DNA of 64,000 nucleotides, from assembly GCF_009834535.1 (NCBI RefSeq), contig NC_045696.1, positions 45,510,001 through 45,574,000 on the forward strand, given 5' to 3'. Shown here one piece after another: positions 52,883-64,000 of the stretch (positions within the stretch are counted from its first letter, which is position 1; each line of letters opens with the position of its first letter). The translations under genes and the position numbers were made by a program. Source of the stretch: Camelus ferus. Taxonomy: Eukaryota. A model generated the notes under the pieces. That model was not told the DNA's origin. It did not search any database and saw nothing but the letters and a program-made list of their open reading frames with translations.

Positions 52883-52914
<32 letters not shown>
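52883..52914. repeat. (GT)16 microsatellite
   Basis: Perfect dinucleotide run read directly. Confidence 0.97.
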
Positions 52915-52918
<4 letters not shown>

Positions 52919-53039
52919 ATATGGTTTCAGCAAATATTCTGTTTTGAAAAGAAGAAATTTTGTGCACACATTTTCCCCTGTATTAATTTTTTTCCTCTTG
53001 TGTTGTATCACCAACTTTACAATTTTGTTGAAGCAGAGA

Positions 53040-53150
53040 GAGTTTATGCAAGCATGGTGGGGAGGGTATATCGGAAATCTCTGTACCTTCCTCTCAATTT
53101 TGCTGTGAACCTTAAACTGCTCTAAAAATAACATCTTAATAAAAAATGGG
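53040..53150 (+). mobile_element. L1MB/MC extreme 3' end fragment
   Basis: GGGTATATCGGAAATCTCTGTACCTTCCTCTCAATTTTGCTGTGAACCTTAAACTGCTCTAAAAATAA. Confidence 0.75.
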
Positions 53151-53534
53151 TTGAACTATATATCTTAACCACATTCTTTGAAAAGGAGATGTAGAGCCTG
53201 TTTCCCTGCAGTGCAAAGATGGCAGTAGCCAGCTATGATATAGTAAGAGGTGAACTGCTATGGGAAAATGGATTAGTGATTATGTTTCCCTGTTTAAATT
53301 CAGAACAACATATATAAAGGAATATTAAATCAGAAACACCGGTGACTGAGGGTAATGGAATTTTTGAAATGCTGAGAAGCTGAAATATACTACTCAGAGA
53401 TATACTACTCAGGGTCATCTTAGCATTATCTTTTTTGCTGTTTGTTTTTCTGAGTGAGGATGTGGCCTTGCTTGACATGGTTCAAGAACCAAGAAAGCCT
53501 AAAGTTTGTGAATATTCCCCTAAAAAGGAGCCCA

Positions 53535-54010
53535 TGAATGAAGTGAAATTTTACTAATTGCAACAACATGGATGGACTTGTGGAGTATAAGGCTTCATGA
53601 AATAAGTCAGACAGAGAAAGACAAATACTGTATGATATCACTTACATGTGGAATCTAAAAAATAAAACAAACTAGTGACTATAACAAAAAAAGAAATAGA
53701 TTCACAGATACAGAGAACAAACTATTGGTTACCAGTGGGGAGAGGAAAGGGAAGAGGGGCAAGATAGGGGAAGGGAATTAAGAGGTACAAACTACTATGT
53801 AGAAAATAAATAAGCTATAAGGACATTAAATAAACAAGCTATAAGGATATATTTGTACAACACAGGGAATATAGCCAATATTTTATAATAACTATAAATG
53901 GAGTATAACTTTAAAAATTATGAATCACTATGTTGTACCCTGAAACTTATAGACTTATTGTAAATCAACTATGCTTCAATTAAAAAGAATTTTAAAGAAA
54001 AAAAGAAAAA
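53535..54010 (+). mobile_element. 5'-truncated LINE-1 3' end (laurasiatherian/artiodactyl-type)
   Basis: GCAACAACATGGATGGAC...GAAATAAGTCAGACAGAGAAAGACAAATACTGTATGATATCACTTACATGTGGAATCTAA, then a typical 3' UTR and A-rich tail. Possible degenerate TSD AAAAAGGAGCCCA / AAAAAAGAGACCA. Confidence 0.9.
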
Positions 54011-54109
54011 AGAGACCACAGCTTTTGTGTAAATTCTTCCTCAATAATGACTAAATCAATAGATAAAAGAATTTTGGACTAACAAGAAATAGAAACTCTT
54101 TGTTCCCCA

Positions 54110-55620
54110 GAGTTCTCTAATCTTGCCAAATTCTATGGCCAATTCTCAACCTTTTGTGTTATCAAAGTCTCTGACACTGAGTCTGAAAGAGATTGTTGTA
54201 GTTGGCTTTTCCTGTATCTCATTCTCTTACTTATCTCCTTATTTTTCTGTTTACTCCTTCCGAATCTTCCTTGCTAGTTTTACTTCTCTGCTGCTATCCT
54301 TCAGTTTTGTTTCTCTGTCTGTACTCCCTCCTTGAGTAATTTCATTCTGCTTTGAAATACCATATCTAACACAGAATCCCCAAATATAATCCAAAGTCTG
54401 TCTAACTATCTCCCCTGGACATCTCAAACACAAGTGGTCAAAACAGAATAATGTCTTGACATATACCTGTAACACTTGCCAAAATTATTCTTCCCCAAAT
54501 ATTCTCCATCTCTATGAATATTTCCGTTAGTCACTCAGTTGCTTAGGCCTAGAAATCCTCCTCAATTTATTTATTTTGAATATGCCACAGCCAGTTACTC
54601 TGCCCCACTGCCTTGCTTTATGGCTTTACATTTTGACTGAAACTAGCAAATGCTATCCATTTTCACTGCTACTAACAAAATTCAAGATTTCATCATCTAT
54701 TTTCTTGAAAACAATCTCACTGTTGAGCTCCCAGCTTCCATGCCCACTGTCATAGTTCAGTCTCCACATAACTTTCCACGTAAACTTTTTTGGAATGAAT
54801 GTTTACAACAATCAATGATCTCTGACATTTTTTGTATTCCTTCAACAGGTTCCACATCGGAAGCAGAAAAATCAGATTCTTTTGTGTAACCAAAAAGCCG
54901 TATATAACCTGCCTGCTGCATAACCCTCTGATATAATCTTCTACCATTTTTCTGTTTCCCTATGTTACAGCCACTTTGACATTAATTTTGTGTTGAACAA
55001 GGAAGCGTTTTCTTGCCTCAGCATTTTGTACTTGTTGTTCCCTTTGCCTAGAATATCCTGCTTGCAAATTTTCACAGACTTGATCTCTTCTCACTACTCA
55101 GGTCTTATTTCAAAAGTTAAATATTTAACAGGCAGTTCAACAACAGGGTATTGCTAGGGAAGGAGCTAAAGGGAAGATTCTGCAGTACTGGACATGGTCC
55201 ATAACTTGATCTACATGGTGAACAAGCAAAAACATGCCCCCCAAAAGATGAAGCCATGTCTATAAGTTGAGTGATTCTTATACACCTTTTTGCGTATATT
55301 TATACCTCATTAAAAAGCTTTTTTAAAAGCCAAACTAATCAGAAATTTCCCACAATCACTTATCTGAATAGGCTGCCCAAGCCCTACCCACCTGAGTGTC
55401 TGTCCCATTAGTTAGATTTATTTCTTTTATAAAATGTAACACAGAAATAACTTAATTCATTGACATGTTTATATGTTTATCATATGTCTTCCCCAGATAG
55501 AATGTTAATATATTTAAGACATGCATTTTGCTTGTCTTTTTCACCATTATATTTCTAGGACCTTGAATAGTACCTGGGACATAGAAGAAACAAAATAAAT
55601 GTTTGCTTGAATGAACTGAA
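54110..55620 (+). mobile_element. L2 fragment, interrupted by an old L1 3' piece at about 55140-55325
   Basis: GCCAAATTCTATGGCCAATTCTC...CTGGACATCTCAAAC...TTGTACTTGTTGTTCCCTTTGCCTAGAAT...GTACCTGGGACATAG...AATAAATGTTTGCTTGAATGAA. Confidence 0.75.
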
Positions 55621-56224
55621 ACAGAAACTTGGCATATTTCATTTATTCTGTCACTATACAATATACAAATAACCTACAAAAGGACATAGCCACCTTGGTT
55701 AGTCTCTTAAGTATGAGTCATAATCCATTAATTACCTCTACTCCCTAAAGAAGGGGAAAAAAATGCTACAAGATGCACGCCAGGGGATCTGCCTAACATC
55801 ACTTTCTTAGAAATTTATTCTTCTCTTTCTTAGTTTCAGTGATTGAAATTCTATTCATTTTCTTCTGATAATTTTCCTGTTGAAGATTTTCACAATCTTC
55901 CTCTATCTCAAATAGGTATTATCGCTCCTTTTCAACCTCTCTCATGAACATTCTTCTTCCAACCTGTCTATTTAAAGACACTTAGGTCCTGAATATTTCC
56001 AATTTAACAAAAAAATCTTGAAAAGAGAAAATGTCCATATTTATCTTTTATTACTCTAGTTTCTTATAGTATTGTGCACATACTATCTTTAATAAACATT
56101 TTAATCAAATATACTCTAAGATATCTCAGGCAGACTGGTAAAAGGTAAGACAATTTATGATAAGGAGACAGTTAATAGGTCAATACGAAGAAAATAATTT
56201 AATTAGGTAAAGGGGTCATTAGTG

Positions 56225-56850
56225 TCAGGACCTCCTGATTTACTTCCTTGTCTACTGCCTCAACCCTTCTAATCAATTCCTTATGTCAGAATTTAATAAA
56301 GCCACAAGCCTGGGCATGAATCTACTGCTTAAAACACTTCATCGGATAAACCCTGCCTTCAGAATCAAATAGAAGTTTTTAAAAAAACAAGGGTTGGCTT
56401 CTGCAACCTACACATCGTCCCAGTGCCACCTCACTGATCACAGGTAGCCCTGGAATATATCGTGCTCACTGCATGCTTGGAGGACATTGCATATGCACAG
56501 AGCACAGTTACTTCCTCTATCCAATTGGATTATTTGTTTTCAAGACATAATTCAAGTGCTACCTCCTCAGGAAAACTCTTCCTGACTTTCTCAATTTAAT
56601 CAGGTGCTCTTATGATGTATTAAAATAGTCTTTGTCAAAATCCTAGCATAGGCCTGCCTACTGTAATTCTTTGATTTTTAAAAAAAATCTGATTAAACCA
56701 TAAGGTTGTGATCCCTCCCTCAGAAAAGGGTTCTGGCTTGTTCACCTCCATATCCCTGGAACCCAGCAGGGTCCTTGGAAATTAATTTGGCATAAAAAAC
56801 CTTCCTGTTAAATATGTGGGTGAATGAACAAGTGAAGGAATGGATGGATG
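56225..56850 (+). mobile_element. L2 3' fragment
   Basis: CTGCTTAAAACACTTCA...TTCAAGTGCTACCTCCTCAGGAAA...TTGTTCACCTCCATATCCCTGG, ending in a TGAA/TGGA tail. Confidence 0.7.
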
Positions 56851-59800
56851 GGTAAATGTATTGATTGCTAAATAATATAGTACTTTGGGAGGACAGGTGG
56901 GATTCCTTTAATTTTTTAACGAAAAATATGAGGACAATATTCTTGGGAACTTACTGCTACTGTTTCTTATATTGATTTTGACAAATAGGAAGTAATATAC
57001 CTGGGTGATGAAAATACACTGTGAGGGAAGAGTGAACCTAACATGAATGACCTGAGACTAAATAATTAGCTTAGGGGCTCTGGGAGATGAATGCTTAATA
57101 CACTCAATTGCTTAGTCATTCTTTTTTCTTTGTCATTTATCATTGGCATTCCTGTATCTGGTAGATACGACAGATGCAAAGAAAAAGAGAGAGACACAGT
57201 GGCATACTCAATGTCAAAAGCATATTTTGAGTTCATATCTCAGTAAAGACACTGTCAAAAACTAAATAACATGGGTCAAGGCTGCTCTCCTAAACCATGA
57301 AGTCTCTGCTTTTCTTAGGCAGGATGCCAGTTCAACTGGAAGCAATGTGGAAGTCTGTAGCATTGAAAGCTGTTTAGGGGCATTGCCCTTAGAAGCCCCA
57401 CCTGCTATATGCTGGGCTTGCATGACATTCCACTAGCGCATTTCAGAGAACAGAAATATTAGAGCTGGCCTATAGCCTACACAATGACTTATTCACAGTA
57501 ATATTTCAAAGGGAACTTACTTTGCCAGAGATGCAAAGAAACCCATGGCCGACCATTTTCTAAGTGACCACTTCTCTTGGAGTTTTGCTATCTGGCAGTC
57601 TTTGGGCAAGAATTCTCTTTATAAAATGGCTTGAGTATATGTTCTATGGAATCTTAAACCAAAGATTAACGTACAAAATATAACTACTTGCTAAATTAAT
57701 AATGATAAAGGTGTATACAACCTGGAAATAATCTAAGACAGCATCTTGAGGCAAGAATAGCAGGGGAATAAGTGGCATGTCAATAAGTGTGGTAGGAAAG
57801 GTAGAGAAGAAGGAACGGTATATCTGGAAAGAGCTATTGCAGAATAATTCAGCCACAGAACACAGGACCACAGGATGTTGGCAGCAATCAGAAACTGGTG
57901 TTCAGCAATCATAATAGTATGATTCCACTGACTGTCTGTCCCACAAGACTCGAGGACAAGATGCCATTTAATGGTACAGAACAGAATCCATTATGTCATT
58001 GGTGTCTTTTAATTCACGGGGATGCCATTTTGAGTTCAGGACCCAAACAAAAAGAGAGTCTCACTGACAGAAACGTTTGGATGATTCTTTTGTTGTCCCC
58101 TCTTCCATTTCACAAGAAACACAGTGTAAAAACTCAGGTCATAGCAAAAAATGTCCATGGTGAACTCCTCAAGCTAATCAGGAAGTTAACTAAAAAAAAA
58201 ACAAAAACAAAACTACACACAAGAAGCAGACATCTCAGCATGAGACAAGAACAATATAAAACATACAGAAATGGATCTATACTGGGCTACACTCCTTAGC
58301 TACACTGAGAGCTACCACCAGTTCTTGGGGGAAAAGATCTGGGGAATGATGTCTAAACTATTAGGGTTTATGTCTGTACAGTGAGCTAATTCTATTCCTT
58401 CTTACAGTGTATATTTAGATATTAGTATCAACAAATTCTTTTTGAGCATGCCACTAAATCCTGCATTAAAGAATAGCTAAAATTATCTTGATGTTACATA
58501 TGTTGTACATAAGTGTTCTAAAAGGATTGTACATATATGATAATTGGAGTTAAAGTTCTGCTGTCTAGTGTGGACAACCCTAAGTGAAATCTTGTGGTAA
58601 AGAATAAATGAGTTAAATATATATAATAGCACAGTGTTTTGTCCATAATAAGAGTCCTTCCTGCTTTGATGATTATTATATAACTTGGTCTTGAGTCTTC
58701 TTTGTGTCTTGGTATGATTTACATAACATGGGAATAATTAAATCCCTTTGTGACAATTTATAAAAATATATTTATGTATTTCCTTATTTGACAAAGTTAT
58801 TTCACACATATTAGCTCAATAAATAATGGCCATTTGGGGGAACAACTGCCAGTCTGTTATTCAGAAAAAATTAATACTTATTGAGCTACCATCATGAGTG
58901 AGGTATCATGATATATACTGCAAGTAGAAGGAGAGAAACCAACTATTTCTACCTCTTAAGGATTTATAATGAAAAGATTGAATTATTAGCTCCCATTTTA
59001 CAGAAAAAAATATTGCAGCTCAGGGAGATAATTTTGCTCAACTGCAAATAAAAATAATAATAACATAGAAAATTCAACTATGAAATTCCCCAAGAAAGTA
59101 GAGGGATAAGGGTTTTGCTTCAACAAGAGAAGAAAAACACATTTCGCTGAGCAAGGAAAGGAAGGTGGATGACTGTAAAGAAAGTACAAGTAAGGAAATA
59201 ACGACCATTTGGGAGAAACTGAAATCACACATTATCCCCATATGTGGTCTTTGTTCTGGTATTTCTTCTCCTGCCTGCTTCCTCTTTCTTGTTAAAAATA
59301 AATAACTAAACCTTTAAATAAAGCAAGCTGATCCATTTTTCTCTAATTATATCCCTGTCATTTTCTGAAAAAACTACAAGTTTCGATGAAAATGAACATT
59401 GCATGAAGTTCAAAAATAGATCACTTCATAAGGGGAAACAACTGCCCTGGTTCCCTGTTTTGAAATATTTTTTATCATTAGGAATAGAATTTCGTTATGT
59501 CCTAAAAGCCATTCTTCCAGTAACATTTAAGAAAAGATAATATGAACCCAAGACTAACTCTGGATTCACTGCTGTACTTTTGGTCCATAATTTTTGAAGC
59601 ATCAATTATCTCTTCTATGAGGAAAAAGAGTGAATTTATGACTCATAACAGCAACGACAATCGTTTTCCTTTCACAGCCATCTGCACAAATGTATTTCCC
59701 TTCCTGGATTCTCTAATTGTGCTTCTTAATCAGATGTTCAAACCCTTAAAGTCCCCTGCTCTCTTTTTCACCCCCACCCTCCCTTCCCCAACAGGCAATC

Positions 59801-60189
59801 AATAATCACTACAGTATGTGCCTTTCCTTTGTAAAAATTTTAATGCTGAAACCTCCATGTAACAACTTCTGATTATTGTGTTCCGCAGGTGGCCTTTCCT
59901 GTTTCTCTTCCTCTCCCCAAACATCCTCTAAGCAACTTATGCTAATTAATGATAGCCTAAGAAATAAAACTTCAAATTAGGTTTTCCAGAAAAACATCTT
60001 CATAATTGCTCAGAGAAAAAAGGCATTGGCACCAAGTTTCTTTTAGAATTTAATCTTTTCCAAGAAACATTTTGCTCTTAATGTTAAATTATAAATCACT
60101 TAATAATTAAAGATCTTCTTATAATACCAATGTGAATAATAGTTAAAAAGTTGTTCAAAGTTGTTCATATAAATTTTTTTCTAAATTAA

Positions 60190-60945
60190 TTAAAGAAACA
60201 GGCTCCAAAGTGGTATATTGGGATGTAGGATGAAAACAATAGGACTTCTCTTTCTATGTTTTTGTTTATTTAAAAAAAATGTTTATTTTTAATACCCAAA
60301 TTGGCACTCATTCCTTCACTTGGTTGTCACTAATGATATATGCAGGGAAGCATAAGGGAACTCTAATGTGGTTAATTTTATAAAAAACAAGACCTTTAAA
60401 TGGTAAAATCTTTACAAAAATTTGTAATGTTATCAAGTTTCAAGTGACCATGAAAATATTTTGTAGTACATGAATTTTCATAAGCTAACTCACAGCAAAG
60501 ACCATAGAAGAGCTGTTAAATTTAGATACCAATTAAATTTTTTTTTCTTTTACAAAAAGATAAGAATTTCACATTTTTTAACCTTTACAATAACAAATGG
60601 GTGTGGGTAGGAATCTATTAAAAATGTCCTTCATGTTTCTCTTTAAAGTAAAGGAACATATTGCAGCATCACAGAATGTTAAACCTAAATTTTTTAAATT
60701 ATTGAAAAGTATTCCACTGCTAATTGTATTATTTAGTGAAAAAAGATGTCTTTTGTTACGTTAATAAATAAAACTAAAAAGTATTTTTGAATAGCATTTA
60801 TTTGTTTCTAATGTCTTCTTTTTAAGATTAATATTTTCCCTGTATTTCTAATAAACATGAAACTAAACTTTAAAGGAATGTGTATATACATAGTAAGAGA
60901 AATTACTTTTGATTGATAAGGCTGTAGAATCACAAAAATGTAAAG
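60190..60945 (+). mobile_element. hAT-Charlie transposon remnant (Charlie7-like) with decayed transposase sequence
   Basis: Broken translation from about 60368 gives VVNFIK/TRPLNGKIFTKICN.../SDHENIL*YMNFHKLTHSK, resembling the Charlie/Buster motif VVNFIK.RPLN.R.F..LC...GSDH..LL.HTEVRWLS.GK. Confidence 0.7.
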
Positions 60946-63900
60946 AAAAAGTATGAATGAAAGAATTCTAAAATAATAAGGAAAATATAAAATTTATCAA
61001 CTCTAAACCTCTCCTTTTCATACATTAAAAGACAGGAGTTAATTCACCTGCCCAACTCCCCAATGCTTCTTAAGTGCAGATTGGTCTAAACTCAAGTGTC
61101 TTGGCATCTAAACCTCAGTTTCCACTCCTAATGCCACCCACTGAGCCTGTATGGTGTGGCTTTTCTTCCTTTCCAGTCTCATCACTTAATATTCTAGGCA
61201 TACTGAGCGGTTAGCAGTACCTGCTATACTCCAAGAACTCTCTTCCCACATCTTTGTGCCTGCCATTTTATTTTTTTCAATCTCATATGCCTTTCTCCAA
61301 AATCCTTGTTGTTCTTTCTAACTCATCTTTCAAATATTCAGCTCAGGCATCACCTCTTTCAGAATATCAAAGGATCTACATGATCAAAAAACAAAAAGAA
61401 GCTTTAGCAACTCTAGCTCTCATTTTACAATGTCTAAACTCTCATTTTACAAATAAAGACTCAAATAAGTGATGTGCTCAAGGTGACCCAGTACTCTGGT
61501 ACCATAATTCATGAGACTTTCTACTGCTCCTCTCTAGTTTCCAACTGTGATAACATTGGTGACCAATAAAAAATAACTATTTTATCCCAGCTACTTATTA
61601 CAAATACCTTGGCATTATTTGTACCTAAAATTATTTATGGAAGAGAAAACAGATTGTATTTTTGTCCAATTAGCTGTTAAAGTACTCATAATCAGATATA
61701 TTTTATTTTCATGGCTTATTAGACATTTCTTACAGCACCTTTAAAGGATAATTTACATCTATCCCACTATTTAAATGGGAGCAGAGCAAAGATATTAAAA
61801 GGATATATTCAGTAATTCAAGGCAGACCTGAATAAGTACAAAAGGGTGTTTTATGAGTCGATCAGGGCTTAAATCACTCATCACAGGACATGTATGAGGC
61901 TAGTTTTCTCCTACTGAGCACATCAGAAATTATTTTTTACTGAATACAGTTTTGCAATAGGGGATTTCAAAATGCAAATGCATCTTGGAGAAGATTGCCA
62001 AGATAAGAAAACTTTCAGTTTTGAGTTCCAGGTAGGTATGTATGTTTTTCCCAACTATATCTTCTCTTGTTTTTTCTTGAACTGTTAATCAGTTGGAGTT
62101 TGATCTTCCAAAGTTTATAGCTAGTACTTTGACTAAAATATGGCCTTTGTTAAAGTTCTAATTTGGCGTTTCACTTTGTTAAATAAATATAATTGAATAT
62201 GTTAAAATTCTTACTTGTAAAATAATAATAGCCAGATGGCAGGCACAAGATTTTAGCAACACAATGGGCTTATGCTTATGTGACTTTATACTTTATACTC
62301 AGCATATTTTAGAAATCCTCATTTTGCTCAATACCTCTCATTTTTAGGCAATCAGTTCAGTTTTTAGGTTAGATACTTACATAATTAGTCAGTCAATTAT
62401 GAGTCTTTCTCAATAGTCCTCTCTTTTCTTTTGTCCTTCTCTTTGAAGTGATCCAAATTTGACAGGCAGGATTAGAGTGGCATCATGGGACAATTTTTTC
62501 TACCATTATTTTTCATCTGCTCTGGCCTCCACTAAGAGTAACTCATTCTGCTTGGTCTCCATCATTGTATAACCTCTACTGCTAATGTCCATGATCCTCC
62601 CATGACCTCTGGGATCCAGGTCTATGTCTCATTGTGCATCCATGTATATCTTTGCTTCTGTTCATTTGTTCTCAGCCAAAACCATACTCTCCAACTGGAC
62701 CCCGGGAACTTTCATAGACACTCCCAGTTAGTGATGGGATGCAAGGACTCAACAAATCTAACTTTAGGTCCATCCCCTTTGACTCCACCCTTATGCATTG
62801 TTAGAACCACCCTCAGGATTCAGTCTGGACATGGGATCACTCTAAGAGAGTCTAATTTCTCCATGCCACAGGCTAGGAAGGAGACACAAGTCTTGTCTGT
62901 CTCAGACCCCACTAAACTTACTCTCACATCCACCTTTTGCAATCTGTCCTGGAGAAAGTTTTAGGTCTTTTTTAAGGAACTCAAGGAGCATCTAAAGCTC
63001 TAGCCATATCTCTTCTAAATCTCTTTCTCTCTCTCTCTCTCCATCTGATTGGTTCTACTGTTTTCTCCATTTGCTGTAGCAAGAAAAAGAGCTCTTATAA
63101 AATTCATACATTTCCTTTGTTATGTGGTGTAGGTATAATCTTTCTGTTCTGAGCTCACTAGCCTTTTAACATAATGGAGCCCAAATCCTTTTGTCTACAA
63201 AAATTCTAGTATTTGCACTAGAGACTCTATCCTATTCCAAGACAGTTCTACATTTTAAAAATGTGCTCAGAAATTCAACAGACTTCTTTGTTTTAGTCTC
63301 TGTCAACTCTTTCCCAGAATGAATAAATACCACTGAGTCACTGGGCAAATAGCCTCAAGATGATGAGAAAATTTTGGTCTTTGTAAGAAAATACAAAATT
63401 CTGTCATTATCTCAAAATATTATTAAACTAAATATTAGATTCATTTGCAAATTTAATATTCTCTTGGCAAGTAAAATACATATTTTCTAGGTGGAGACAG
63501 AGTCTGCCCAACTATCTCAATTATTGTCAGGAACAATAAGCCAACATTTTTCATCAGAAATAATGATGCTAACCTTTAATCGCAGTCATCAGACCTTGTG
63601 TTCACACCAAATAAGATAGAATATTTAGAATGCTACTGTAGTGACTAAACCACTTATAAGGCAATGGAAATCAGTGGGTAAGGTTTTTAACATTTCAGGG
63701 GCATATTCTTATCTGCAATTTATTCAAATCTAGGTAATAATATGCTTGACAATGTATGTAAGTGCTCTATTCTTAAAATTTAAATTCTGTTCTATTCTTA
63801 AAATAGAACAACAACTTCCATTATAGCCAAGTGCTATAACTTAAAACTTTCCAAAGTATACTTATTAAATACAACTGAATTAAGTTCCTTAATAGAATGG

Positions 63901-64000
63901 TTAGATTTGGAATAAAACACAGCACTTTAACAGTCTAAGTTTCATCTCATGCTTCTGTGTTACAACCACATTTTAAGGTTTAAACATGAGATCCACCAAT

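Noticed and set aside
52714..53134. Overlapping ORFs with CVCVCV / THTHTH repeats
   Set aside because: They are translations of the (GT)16 microsatellite.
61417..61452. Short direct repeats (also 5329-5359 and 63766-63803) as a CRISPR-like or array structure
   Set aside because: Each has only two copies and reflects ordinary slippage duplication in eukaryotic DNA.
1..64000. A novel multi-gene biological system
   Set aside because: No intact genes, operon-like organisation or unexplained arrays are visible. The content fits ordinary mammalian repeats and one retrocopy. Small exons or conserved non-coding elements could still be missed without alignment.

Overview
AT-rich, CpG-poor mammalian genomic DNA, intronic or intergenic. 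It is very probably from a camelid (camel/alpaca/llama), inferred from a tRNA-Ala-derived Vic-1-type SINE and cetartiodactyl-type L1 3' ends. I found no intact protein-coding gene or convincing coding exon. The ORF track is almost all chance ORFs, except fragments of a 5'-truncated processed RPL10A pseudogene (~4700-5248, minus strand) and L1 ORF2 remnants. The rest is a layered repeat landscape: ancient MIR/L2, ERVL/MaLR solo LTRs (LTR16, MLT1), hAT DNA transposon fossils (MER53, MER58, Charlie- and Zaphod-like), and old and young L1 insertions, some with clear target-site duplications. I see no evidence of a new multi-gene system. The most unusual observations are small rearrangements: a twin-primed L1 whose inversion junction recurs about 1.5 kb downstream, an L1 ORF2 snippet inserted into that L1's own 3' UTR, and a micro-inversion inside a MER53 palindrome. 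Repeat family names come from my recall of consensus sequences, not a database search, and boundaries of old repeats are approximate.
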